From an uncultured Candidatus Saccharibacteria bacterium (GTDB taxonomy: Bacteria; Patescibacteriota; Saccharimonadia; Saccharimonadales; Saccharimonadaceae), in contig CAUSLI010000002.1 in the NCBI GenBank assembly GCA_963532885.1, positions 82,011 to 146,010 of the forward strand: a stretch of 64,000 nucleotides of DNA. The letters are read 5' to 3'. Shown here piece by piece: positions 28,706-38,177 of the stretch. The notes under the pieces were generated by a model. It had not been told where the DNA came from and made no database searches. It saw only the letters and a list, made by a program, of their open reading frames with translations. How positions within the stretch are numbered: the first letter of the stretch is position 1; every line of letters begins with the position of its first letter. Made by a program: the position numbers and the translations under genes.

Positions 28706-29992
28706 ATGCAACACACAGTAACAGAGGTCAGGCTAAAGAATGGTGCCTGTGGCCTTCTCATCGACGTGCCTGGCGCAACCGTGATGAGCTTCCAGTTTCA
28801 ATTCCGGGCGGGCAACCGCTATGTTGCGAGCAAGGATATCTATGAGACGGCGCACATTATGGAGCACATGGCCTTTGGTGCTAATGCTCAGTTTGCGAGC
28901 GAGCACGAGTACGAGGCGGAGTTTATCAAAAACGGTGCCTACCACAATGCCTGGACGAGCGACCTATCCATGGTGTATGTGGCGGACTGTGCGGACTTTG
29001 AGTGGGAGCGTATTTTGCAGTTGCAGCAGGTGGCTATCACTCAGCCAAAGTTCAACCAGACGGAGCTCGAAGCCGAGAAGGGTAATGTGCGCAGCGAGCT
29101 TGTCGGCTATCTTAACAACCACAATCGAGTACTATGGCCCAAGATCCAGCAGCTACTGGGGAATGACATCTACACCTACCACCAGCGAGTACGTACCATT
29201 GCACGGGTGCAGTTGAGCGATATCCAGGAGCACTACCGACGTACCCACACCAGCGATAACCTTCGTTTTGTCATTGCTGGCAAAATGGCGGGGCGCAAGG
29301 CGCAAATCAAGCGTATGCTCGAGAGCTGGCAACTGCCGCGTGGTGAGCGCTTTGCGGTGCCGCACGACGAACTTCACAGTGGTAAGCCTACTCTCATCCG
29401 CCGCAAAGAGGCCAGCAACCTCACCTTTGGTTGGTCGATGGAGATCCCGCGCGAGCTTAGCGATAAAGAAGACGCTGCACTCGATTGCCTCAACCATATT
29501 CTCACTGGCACTATGCACTCGCGCATCTTTGGCAAGGCGCGCAAGCAGGGCATGGCCTATGGGATGTTTAGCGATGGCTCGGTGGGCAAATATGAGAGCA
29601 GCTGGGACTTTGGTGGCGAGGTAGAGTGTGACAAGGCAGAGCGACTCTTTGGTCTGATTGTCAGTGAGCTCCAGGCGGTGCTGCGTGGTGAGATTACCGA
29701 GGCAGAGCTTGAGGCAGCCAAATCCTACGGCCTGGGGCGCTACCAAATGGGGGCGCAAACAGTAGCGCAGATTAGCGGATTCTACACCGGCCGCTTCTTC
29801 TGGGACGGCTATGTGAAGGACTATGCCAAGGTGCCGCAAGAAATCAAAGGTACAACCCTCGAGCAAATGAACGCCGTAGCGCGTGAATTCATCGCTGCCA
29901 ACACTTGGGCACTCGCTGGTGTGAGCAGCGGCGAGCGAAGCGACATCGTGCGGCTAGGTGAGCAGCTGGAAGGGCTGTTTACACAGGGGTAG
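28706..29992 (+). CDS. M16 family (pitrilysin-like) zinc peptidase
   Basis: inverted zincin HIMEH, NAWT; abuts secA stop. Confidence 0.9.
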   Translation: MQHTVTEVRLKNGACGLLIDVPGATVMSFQFQFRAGNRYVASKDIYETAHIMEHMAFGANAQFASEHEYEAEFIKNGAYHNAWTSDLSMVYVADCADFEWERILQLQQVAITQPKFNQTELEAEKGNVRSELVGYLNNHNRVLWPKIQQLLGNDIYTYHQRVRTIARVQLSDIQEHYRRTHTSDNLRFVIAGKMAGRKAQIKRMLESWQLPRGERFAVPHDELHSGKPTLIRRKEASNLTFGWSMEIPRELSDKEDAALDCLNHILTGTMHSRIFGKARKQGMAYGMFSDGSVGKYESSWDFGGEVECDKAERLFGLIVSELQAVLRGEITEAELEAAKSYGLGRYQMGAQTVAQISGFYTGRFFWDGYVKDYAKVPQEIKGTTLEQMNAVAREFIAANTWALAGVSSGERSDIVRLGEQLEGLFTQG

Positions 29993-30181
29993 AAGCACCT
30001 CAGCTTAGTATAGTTGCCTGCCTTTGCGCTGCAAGAGTCGAAGTTTTTTGGTGGCGCTTCGCCTATCTGCTTATATAATTTGATCAAATTATTTTTACTA
30101 TTTTTAGTGAAGGCAAGGAGAGATACTTGCATTCATTGGATTTTGTCGTATTATTGAAATAATAGCATAGGAGAACAATAT

Positions 30182-30454
30182 ATGAGTGACGTCAATCCAA
30201 CCAACAGTAAAAGTTACTGCCCAGGGGACGAACGAAAAGGTTACAACGACCCTGTCACGATTGTCCTCACAAAACGGGAATGCTCCGACTTATTGACAGC
30301 CATGAATGAGCTCACCGCAGGCCCGTATGCACCTTCTAAGGAAGAATGGCAATGGATGGAGAATGTCCTGGGCATGCCTACACGCGAAAGCTTGATGGCA
30401 CTATTTGATAAAGTTGACGATTTCCAAGAGGGTGACCTTAGGTCGTCTAAGTAG
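30182..30454 (+). CDS. small hypothetical protein
   Basis: AGGAG SD with normal spacing; 90 aa. Confidence 0.7.
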   Translation: MSDVNPTNSKSYCPGDERKGYNDPVTIVLTKRECSDLLTAMNELTAGPYAPSKEEWQWMENVLGMPTRESLMALFDKVDDFQEGDLRSSK

Positions 30455-30581
30455 CGACTTAGTGCACTTGATTCTTGAGTTGTAGTGGTACACCGCTATG
30501 AGTGATTAGGTATAGCTGTAACCTACCCTCTACATTCTAACGTGAGAAGAATTTGTAAGCGAAGAAGCACCGCTTACGCTT

Positions 30582-31535
30582 TTAGCCTGCGCGGTATACG
30601 AGCATCTTCGCGTTGAGTAGTTTGCTCATCTCGGTGAGGCCGCTGTCCTTCTTGTGGAGGACGCCGTCGTCGATGACGTATGTCTCGGCCTTGCTGTCTC
30701 TGTTTTCGGGGACTTTGGGCGCGGTGTTTTGCCCGCTGTATTTGCTGCGGCTTGTTAGGTCGCTGTGGGTGCGGTAGTATTGAGCAGCTTTGAGACGGTG
30801 ATCTTTGACCGCTTGGTAATACTTCAGGTATTCGCCGCCGAGTGCGCGTGCGTTGTCGTTTTCGCTGATGTTTTGCACTTTTTTGGCTTGCTCTATGCAC
30901 GAGCCGTAGGTTTTGCTTGCTTCCTTTTCAATCTCGCTATCGGTCAGTGCTGGAGCACTAGTAAGCGCTGCACTGCCGCCCTTGCGGAAGTCAAATTTCA
31001 GAATTTGGCGGTTGAGCGTGTTGGTATCGGCGCACTCTTTGATAAAGGTGGCGACGGTGGAGTAGTAGCTGGGCAGCTTGCCAAGCGCAGTGATGGCTGC
31101 GTCTGTCTCGCGCTTGTACTGCTCGTACGCACGTTTGATATCTTCGTCGTGCATGGCGCGCGAGCTACCAAGCTTGCTGATGAGTTCTTTGCGGTTGTCT
31201 GCAAATGCCTTGGTATCGATCGTCTCGCCACGAGAGAGTGGCTGCAGCAGGCGATCCTCGGTGCGGCTATGGCTGCGGATGAGCGCCTGGGCATCTTGCA
31301 AGTCTTTGCGGCTTGGTGGTGCCGACTGGATGGCTACAACGATGATAATGATGATGACTAGTACAACACCCACCGCGCCAGCAATCAGCCCATACAGCAG
31401 CTTCTTGTTTGCTAGCAATGGATTACCCGAGTGGGGCGGTGGTGTATTGCTAGGCTGCGATGCGTTCATATTCATGGTGTTCGTTGGCGAGGTCATAGCT
31501 GGTTGGTTATGGCTAGGAGTGGGCTGAGTGTCCAT
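30582..31535 (-). CDS. hypothetical membrane-anchored helical protein
   Basis: AAGGA SD, Pro/Asn-rich N-terminus, one TM helix, helical ectodomain. Confidence 0.8.
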   Translation of the reverse strand: MDTQPTPSHNQPAMTSPTNTMNMNASQPSNTPPPHSGNPLLANKKLLYGLIAGAVGVVLVIIIIIVVAIQSAPPSRKDLQDAQALIRSHSRTEDRLLQPLSRGETIDTKAFADNRKELISKLGSSRAMHDEDIKRAYEQYKRETDAAITALGKLPSYYSTVATFIKECADTNTLNRQILKFDFRKGGSAALTSAPALTDSEIEKEASKTYGSCIEQAKKVQNISENDNARALGGEYLKYYQAVKDHRLKAAQYYRTHSDLTSRSKYSGQNTAPKVPENRDSKAETYVIDDGVLHKKDSGLTEMSKLLNAKMLVYRAG

Positions 31536-31833
31536 TGCTTGTGTCCTTTATCTTCGTTGTTGATACTCAAATTAACTATAGACTATATATTATAGCAATA
31601 GTTGCAGTAAGCGCAAATTGACGGAGGAAGAGCTGTTGCGGTGTGCTGCATATAGTGATGTACCATTGTGTGTAGTATGCAAGAAACAAGCGAAAAAGCA
31701 ATAACACCGCTACGAGAGATAGCGATCATAATGAGGAGATGATGAGAGCGCGCCAAGAACAAGGGCAGTATGATACACTCTCTGACCTCTGTATATTCTA
31801 TGTTTTGGGTGCTGTGTATGCTATAATGGCGGT

Positions 31834-33180
31834 ATGAAAGTTGCGATTGCTGGGTACGACGTTGAGGGTCGTGCGACGTATGATTATGCGCGGCAGGTGT
31901 GGCCTGCGGCGGAGATTGTGATAGCCGATGAGCGGCGCATTGCTGATGTGCCGCCTGGGGTGGTGGATGTATTGACAGGCCCCGATGCCTTTGCTCAGCT
32001 GGGCGATGCCGATATCGTCATGCGTACCCCTGGGCTGGCACCGTGGCGGATCGAGACGGACGGCACGGTGTGGTCGGCTACAAATGAGTTCTTCGCACGC
32101 TGCCCCGCGCCGATCATTGGCGTGACAGGCACGAAGGGCAAGGGTACAACGGTGAGCCTCATCGCTGCTATGCTGCAAGCCCTTGGTCGCACCGTCCATG
32201 TGGTGGGTAATATTGGCCGGCCAGCTCTGGCTCAGCTGGCGCAGATTGGCCCTGATGATGTGGTGGTGTATGAGCTGAGTAGCTTCCAGCTGTGGGATGC
32301 CGAGCGTTCACCGCAGATCGCGGTGGTGCTGATGATTGAGCCCGACCATCTCGATAAGCATGTTAATTTTGCCGAGTATGTCGATGCCAAGGCCAACATT
32401 CGGCGGCATCAGCGGCCGGGCGATGTGTGTATTTATCATCCGAGCAATCCATATGCCGCGCAGATTGCTGAGTCGCTCGACACGGACGTTGCGCGTGGCA
32501 GCCTGGGTACGCCACCACCGGCGTATCGCTATGGCACGCCAGACGATGGCATGGTGTATGTGAAAGATGGTGCCTTTTGGCAGGGTGAGCGGCGGCTTTG
32601 CGCAACGGATCGCCTGCAATTGCCGGGTGCTCATAATATTGAGAATGCCTGTGCGGCGCTGAGCGCAGTGCTCGCCTTCGATCCACAGGCTGTGCCGCAG
32701 CGTCTGGCGGAGGGGCTGGCGAGCTTTGCTGGCTTGCCGCATCGCTTGGCCTTCGTGGCAGAGCAGGATGAGGTACGGTATTATGACGACAGTATTGCTA
32801 CCACACCGGGCAGTGCCATTGCAGCGCTGCGTGCCTTTGCAGAGCCCAAAGTGCTCATCGTTGGTGGGGCAGACAAAGGTGGTGATTATGAGCCACTGGC
32901 ACAAGAAGTGTATGATCAGGGTGAGTCTGTTCGCGCCATCATTACGATAGGGGCGAATGCTTCGGCAATTGCCGCGGTGCTGCATGGCTATGATGTTGCT
33001 GCACCTATCATAACGCTTGGTAGTGTGCCTATGACAGAGGTCGTGGCTGCCGCTCGGCAACAGGCTAAGCCTGGTGATGTCGTCATCCTAAGCCCCGCTG
33101 CCGCGAGCTTTGACCAATACCATAGCTATGCCGACCGTGGTGAGCAATTTATTGCAGCGGTGCAGGGCGGCGGAGTGTAA
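31834..33180 (+). CDS. murD: UDP-N-acetylmuramoyl-L-alanine--D-glutamate ligase
   Basis: GVTGTKGKGT, GNIG, ELSSFQL, DHLDKH, PHRL, LSPAAASFDQY. Confidence 0.96.
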   Translation: MKVAIAGYDVEGRATYDYARQVWPAAEIVIADERRIADVPPGVVDVLTGPDAFAQLGDADIVMRTPGLAPWRIETDGTVWSATNEFFARCPAPIIGVTGTKGKGTTVSLIAAMLQALGRTVHVVGNIGRPALAQLAQIGPDDVVVYELSSFQLWDAERSPQIAVVLMIEPDHLDKHVNFAEYVDAKANIRRHQRPGDVCIYHPSNPYAAQIAESLDTDVARGSLGTPPPAYRYGTPDDGMVYVKDGAFWQGERRLCATDRLQLPGAHNIENACAALSAVLAFDPQAVPQRLAEGLASFAGLPHRLAFVAEQDEVRYYDDSIATTPGSAIAALRAFAEPKVLIVGGADKGGDYEPLAQEVYDQGESVRAIITIGANASAIAAVLHGYDVAAPIITLGSVPMTEVVAAARQQAKPGDVVILSPAAASFDQYHSYADRGEQFIAAVQGGGV

Positions 33181-33404
33181 GCTGTTCTTTGCATCCGCAT
33201 GGCTTAGACCTTTGTGAGAATGAACAAATATCCAGAATATTCATTTCTTGGCCAAGAATTGCTCGCAGCTATGATGTGCAATGTGTACTCCGAATGAAGT
33301 AATGATCTTGGCGGGGAAAAGGGCTATTTTGCAATTGAGCAGGATATACTATAATAAAAAATAAGCAACGTGTAAGTAATACAAGATAAGGAACGAATAG
33401 TCTC

Positions 33405-34367
33405 ATGAATCAGCAACCATATACCAATTCACCGCAGCCTGCTGCCGCGCCGCAGTATAGCAAGGGGCAGCTCGCTGTGGCTCGTGCTGCTATGTCTAGC
33501 GACAACACTGTGCTGGCAGTCACCTTTATTGGCTTCTTTTTTATGACGTCGGCGTATTTTATTTTTACGGCGCTGGCTGAGCATTTTAGCGTAGAAGGTA
33601 CCGGTGTGGAGGCAGAGCAAGTTCCACTCTGGCTGAGGCTTATTATAGCTTTGTTTAGTGGGGCTATCCTCTTTGGTATTATCCTTCTTGTTGGGATGTT
33701 TTTCATCCGGATGGAGCGACAGAAGATGCTGGGCAATGCTATGCAAGTAGAGTATAGCGATTATGCGTGGCTGCGCGACTGGGCCAATGTCACAGCGGCC
33801 GACCTCGGTTTGCCACGGGTAGAGATCTTCGTCACGCAGAATCCGGTCATTAATGCTTATGCCTTTGGCTTTATGAATCCATACTGTATTGTGCTGCATT
33901 CTGGCTCGATCCGCTACCTCACGCCTGACGAGCTCAAGGCGGTCGTCATTCATGAGATGGGGCACATTAAGTACAAGCACACCGTGGCTATGCTGTACTT
34001 GCAGCCATTCTTGGCGCTGCCGTTTGTTTCCTCGGTGTCTGGCTGGCTAGCGGGCTTTTGGCAGCGCCGCACCGAGTATACGGCCGACCGCTTGGCGCTG
34101 ACCTACACCGAAGATCCAGAGCTCGTCAAGAATGCGCTTGTCAAGGTACACATTGGCCCTGATGTGGCGGAGGGTATGAACGAGACTGCTCGCCAGTGGC
34201 AGCGCTACACCGCCAACCGGCCAATGAACCGCTTTGCCCAGACCTTGAGCGACCACCCATACCTCGTGCGCCGGCTTGACCACATTGATGAAATGACCAC
34301 CAAGCTCCTCGCACCCCAAGCGCCAGCTGCACCAACCCAGCCCACAACACCAGTCCAACCACAGTAG
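33405..34367 (+). CDS. M48 (HtpX/Ste24-like) metallopeptidase
   Basis: NAYAFG, HEMGH, EYTADR, HP...R; two N-terminal TM helices. Confidence 0.9.
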   Translation: MNQQPYTNSPQPAAAPQYSKGQLAVARAAMSSDNTVLAVTFIGFFFMTSAYFIFTALAEHFSVEGTGVEAEQVPLWLRLIIALFSGAILFGIILLVGMFFIRMERQKMLGNAMQVEYSDYAWLRDWANVTAADLGLPRVEIFVTQNPVINAYAFGFMNPYCIVLHSGSIRYLTPDELKAVVIHEMGHIKYKHTVAMLYLQPFLALPFVSSVSGWLAGFWQRRTEYTADRLALTYTEDPELVKNALVKVHIGPDVAEGMNETARQWQRYTANRPMNRFAQTLSDHPYLVRRLDHIDEMTTKLLAPQAPAAPTQPTTPVQPQ

Positions 34368-34732
34368 GGGAAGCCGCGAGGCGACGCAATGCTGCTTACG
34401 TGAGAAGCCACTACCCATGCGATGGTGGTTTCTTGGTTTTGCTCTATACCTACGATAGTGCACACTTCGACCATAAAGGTTCATCGATCACTTGTGCCTT
34501 TTCCTTTTGTTGTTTCTCTTCTCAGAGTGATGCGTACCTCTCTTGATTATAAGCTTGCCAGTATCAGTACCAGCGCTGAAAATATCGTTATAGCAACGAA
34601 GTTCCGCACTTTGCCTGAACGAGGTTATAGAGTAAACGAACACACAGCAATACTCTGTGATATGTGTGGCCAGCAATGCTTTGTGCCGTATAGAGTAGAG
34701 TCAGTATCTCAAGAGTGCGGTATAATAGACGT

Positions 34733-35818
34733 ATGCAACCACTTAAAAAGCGTGCCGCACAGCTCCTCGCCGATATCCTCGATGCGATTCATCGTTTGCA
34801 GATTACCGACAAAGCTACTCAGCTCGCTCAGCTTGAGGCGCAGCTGGCCGACTCACAAATTTGGGCTAATCCAGCCCACGCTCAGCAAGTGTCACGCCAG
34901 GCAGCAGCACTGCGAGGGCAGATAGAGCCATGGCGAGTGTTACAGGCTCAGGCGAGCGACATTGTGGAGCTCATGGATCTGGGCGACGATTCGATGATAC
35001 CAGAGTTCGAGCAGCAGCTTGCTGCCCTCGAGCACGACTACCAAGCGCGCCACCGCGACCTCCTCTACAGTGGTGAGCATGATGATCAACCAGCTATTAT
35101 TAAGATTAGCGCTGGAGCTGGTGGTACCGATGCCCAGGATTGGGCAGCGATGCTCGAGCGGATGTATCTGCGCTTTGCCGAGCAGCATAGCCTTCAGGCG
35201 GAGCTCCTCGAGCGCTCGACGGGCGAAGAAGCTGGCATTAAGAGTGCGACATACAGCCTCCATGGTGCGTATGCCTATGGCCAACTGCGCAGCGAGCATG
35301 GCGTGCACCGCCTGGTCCGGCTGAGCCCATTTAATGCTGATCATTTGCGCCAGACAAGCTTCGCTTTGGTGGAGGTGATACCAGAAATCGCTGAGCCCGA
35401 GCAGGTGCAGCTTGAGGACAAAGACCTCCGGATCGACGTCTACCGCAGCGGTGGCAAAGGCGGACAGGGCGTTAATACGACCGACTCGGCAGTGCGCGTT
35501 ACCCATTTGCCGACTGGTATCGTCGTTGCGATTCAAAACGAACGCAGCCAAATTCAAAACCGCGAGACGGCTCTCACTATCTTGCGCTCGCGCCTCGCTC
35601 AGCTCCAGCACGAGCAGCAAGCCGCCAGTCTGGCTGACCTCCGCACCGGTGAGTCTGCCAGCTGGGGTGCACAGATCCGCAACTATGTGCTCCACCCCTA
35701 TACCCTCGTCAAAGACACCCGCACCAAACACGAAGCCCACGACGCCCAAGCCGTCCTCGACGGCGCCATCGACGGCTTTATCGAGGCGTATTTGGCGATG
35801 GGGGTGGGGGAGGAATAA
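34733..35818 (+). CDS. prfB: peptide chain release factor 2, no programmed frameshift
   Basis: SPF recognition loop, GGQ motif, GAGGTDAQDW; continuous ORF. Confidence 0.96.
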   Translation: MQPLKKRAAQLLADILDAIHRLQITDKATQLAQLEAQLADSQIWANPAHAQQVSRQAAALRGQIEPWRVLQAQASDIVELMDLGDDSMIPEFEQQLAALEHDYQARHRDLLYSGEHDDQPAIIKISAGAGGTDAQDWAAMLERMYLRFAEQHSLQAELLERSTGEEAGIKSATYSLHGAYAYGQLRSEHGVHRLVRLSPFNADHLRQTSFALVEVIPEIAEPEQVQLEDKDLRIDVYRSGGKGGQGVNTTDSAVRVTHLPTGIVVAIQNERSQIQNRETALTILRSRLAQLQHEQQAASLADLRTGESASWGAQIRNYVLHPYTLVKDTRTKHEAHDAQAVLDGAIDGFIEAYLAMGVGEE

Positions 35819-35916
35819 AACTAAACCCCGTAGCATGACTGCTGTTCTCGGGCAAGCGACCTTATCAGATGACAAAATCACAACATTTTTGTATATAACA
35901 CTGTTGACATATAAGC

Positions 35917-35940
35917 TAATAGAGTAATAGAGTAATAGAG
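35917..35940. repeat. tandem 8-mer (TAATAGAG)x3
   Basis: three exact copies just downstream of TTGACA at 35904. Confidence 0.85.
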
Positions 35941-35989
35941 TATCCCTCCCACGTAGGTTGTAGGTTGATACGTATCTTATAATGTAGTG

Positions 35990-36340
35990 GTTACATAGCC
36001 TCAAGATGCTGCTTGATTGCTAAGCTCTCTTTTTTGCCACCATCAACACGTCATGTTGCATGAGTTCTTTGCCTTCGTTGCAGAAGTATCTGGATACTTC
36101 TGTTTTGTTTTTTGTATGGTGACAAGAAAGAGAGCTTAGCAAAGAGCTAGGCTCGTGTTGCACCTCATAGAGGTGCAGAGAGGAGTCCATCATGGATGTC
36201 TAGGCCACCGAGAGACAAAAATAACCACCACTACGCCCCGCGAAGATAATAACTATTATTTTCGCGGGGCAACTCACCTTGGTTTTTTGTATTTTTGTTA
36301 TTTTGTAGGGTGGTTATCTGCGACTGTACTTTGAGATGTG
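35990..36340 (+). ncRNA. candidate structured non-coding RNA of unknown family
   Basis: nested inverted repeats forming three domains; TATAAT at 35978; G-U pairs favour + strand. Confidence 0.55.
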
Positions 36341-36457
36341 TGATAAGTAGTGTCTAATTAACTACGTCATAATCATAACAGTAGTGTAATATACTAACCG
36401 CGTTGTGACATGTAAACAATCTCGTCTTCAGATGCAGCCATATGCTATACTGGTATA

Positions 36458-37141
36458 GTGATATTGTTAGACAGAGTAACCAAACGGTATGATAAGGACG
36501 CCAAGCCGGCGCTCGATCGGGTGAGCTTGCACGTTGAGCCCAATGAGTTCGTCGTTATTATTGGCACGAGCGGGGCGGGCAAGAGCACGCTACTTAAGCT
36601 CCTCACTCGCGAAGAGAAGCCCACGACGGGTAAGATTGTGGTCGGTGGTATCGACTACGACACCCTTAAGGATAAGCATATTCCACTACTGCGCCGCAAG
36701 ATTGGTGTGGTGTTCCAGGATTTTAAGCTATTGCCGCAGCGCACGGTGTTTGAGAACGTCGCTTTTGCGCTCGAGATTGCAGGCATGAGCAACCGCGAGA
36801 TCAAGAACACAGTGCCCAAGGTGATCGACCTCGTTGGCCTTCGGGGCAAAGAGAAGCAGTTTCCGCACCAGCTCAGTGGTGGTGAACGCCAGCGCGTGGC
36901 GATTGCCCGTGCCGTTGTGCGCCAGCCCAAGATTCTCATTGCTGATGAGCCCACTGGCAACCTCGACCCCAAGCACAGCTGGGATATCGTCCGTTTGCTC
37001 GAGAAGATTAATAAATATGGCACCACCGTGCTGCTGACCACCCACAATGTCGAGATCGTTAACCGGCTCAAGCGCCGCGTCATCACCATCGAGCATGGCA
37101 AGATCACGCACGACCAAGCCAGGGGGAGTTACCGCCAATGA
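36458..37141 (+). CDS. ftsE: cell division ATP-binding protein FtsE
   Basis: GTSGAGKS, LRRKIGVVFQDFKLL, LSGGE; ATGA overlap with ftsX. Confidence 0.96.
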   Translation: MILLDRVTKRYDKDAKPALDRVSLHVEPNEFVVIIGTSGAGKSTLLKLLTREEKPTTGKIVVGGIDYDTLKDKHIPLLRRKIGVVFQDFKLLPQRTVFENVAFALEIAGMSNREIKNTVPKVIDLVGLRGKEKQFPHQLSGGERQRVAIARAVVRQPKILIADEPTGNLDPKHSWDIVRLLEKINKYGTTVLLTTHNVEIVNRLKRRVITIEHGKITHDQARGSYRQ

Positions 37142-38118
37142 ACCGCCGCAAAGATACCGCCCGTGCCCTGATGCAGCAAAAGCGCCGTCGCCGCCAGTGG
37201 CTGACGTTTGTCCGGATGTGCCGCTATGGCGTTAATAACTTTAGCCGCAACGCGTGGCTGACGGTTGCTGCGACGCTGGTGATGACGATTACACTGCTGA
37301 TCGTCTTTACGACCTTTGTCGCTCAGCGTTCGCTGGCCGATACCGCTCAGGCTATTAACAAGGATATTGATCGCTCAATCTACCTCCGCCCTGATGTCTC
37401 GGAAGAGCGCGCTCAGCCAGTGCTGGTGAGTTTGCGCCGCCTCAGCAACGTCGAGTCAGTCCGCTTCATTAGTACCGAGGAAGCCAAGGAGCAATTTGCC
37501 AAAGCTAATAAGGACGATGAAGCTAAACTGAACGCCCTTAAGGAGGCGACGAATTCACTGCCCGCGACGATTCGCATCACGCTGCACGACAACAACGACA
37601 CATCGCAGCTGATAGACTTCGTCAATACCAATTCCGCCCTCAAACCACTGATTAGCGCCACCCAAACACCGACTTTTATGAGCCAGCGGCGCAACGGTAC
37701 GACGCGCATCGCAGAGTGGACACAGATGTCGCAAAAGGCTGGAGTAGCGGCCAGTGTGCTCTTTATTGCCATCTCGTTCTTGATTATCTTCAATACCATC
37801 CGCATGGCGATCTTCAACCGGCGCGATGAGATCGAGATGATGAAGCTGATTGGTGCCGACCGTGGCTTTATTCGCGGGCCATTCCTCGTGGAGGCAGTGG
37901 TGTATGGGGTGATTGCCGCGGTGATTGCAACCACCTTGGGCATTATTACGCTATTCCTCTCGGGCAATTCGCTCAAGAAGTGGGGGGTGGCTCTCCAGCC
38001 CACGATTGATATGGCAGCATCCTACTGGTGGCTCATTGCCCTGGTGATGATGGCACTAGGCGCATGCATTGGCGTCATCTCATCGCTGGTGGCCACCCGC
38101 CGTTACCTAAAGATTTAG
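37138..38118 (+). CDS. ftsX: cell division permease FtsX
   Basis: NTIRMAIFNRRDEIEMMKLIGA...FIRGPF, four TM helices. Confidence 0.95.
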   Translation: MNRRKDTARALMQQKRRRRQWLTFVRMCRYGVNNFSRNAWLTVAATLVMTITLLIVFTTFVAQRSLADTAQAINKDIDRSIYLRPDVSEERAQPVLVSLRRLSNVESVRFISTEEAKEQFAKANKDDEAKLNALKEATNSLPATIRITLHDNNDTSQLIDFVNTNSALKPLISATQTPTFMSQRRNGTTRIAEWTQMSQKAGVAASVLFIAISFLIIFNTIRMAIFNRRDEIEMMKLIGADRGFIRGPFLVEAVVYGVIAAVIATTLGIITLFLSGNSLKKWGVALQPTIDMAASYWWLIALVMMALGACIGVISSLVATRRYLKI

Positions 38119-38141
38119 CATTGATACAAAGGAGGCCCGTG

Positions 38142-38170
38142 TTGACAAAGCACACACCGCTTGTTACCAT
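38142..38170 (+). promoter_or_regulatory. sigma70 promoter of pcsB-like gene
   Basis: TTGACA-N17-TACCAT with TG extension, 7 nt before ATG 38178. Confidence 0.7.
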
Positions 38171-38177
38171 AAGAAAT

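Noticed and set aside
34733..34830. Programmed +1 frameshift in prfB
   Set aside because: No CTT-TGA-C site; the ORF is continuous from ATG 34733.
34422..34925. 167-aa and 62-aa ORFs upstream of prfB
   Set aside because: No SD or -10 context, overlap with terminator or prfB, non-protein-like composition.
35990..36340. Identification as tmRNA, RNase P RNA, SRP RNA or T-box
   Set aside because: No GGGG...CCACCA tRNA-like ends, no GAGGAAAGUCC, no SRP GGAA loop motif; AGGGTGGTTATCTGCG only loosely resembles a T-box and has no following terminator or aaRS gene.
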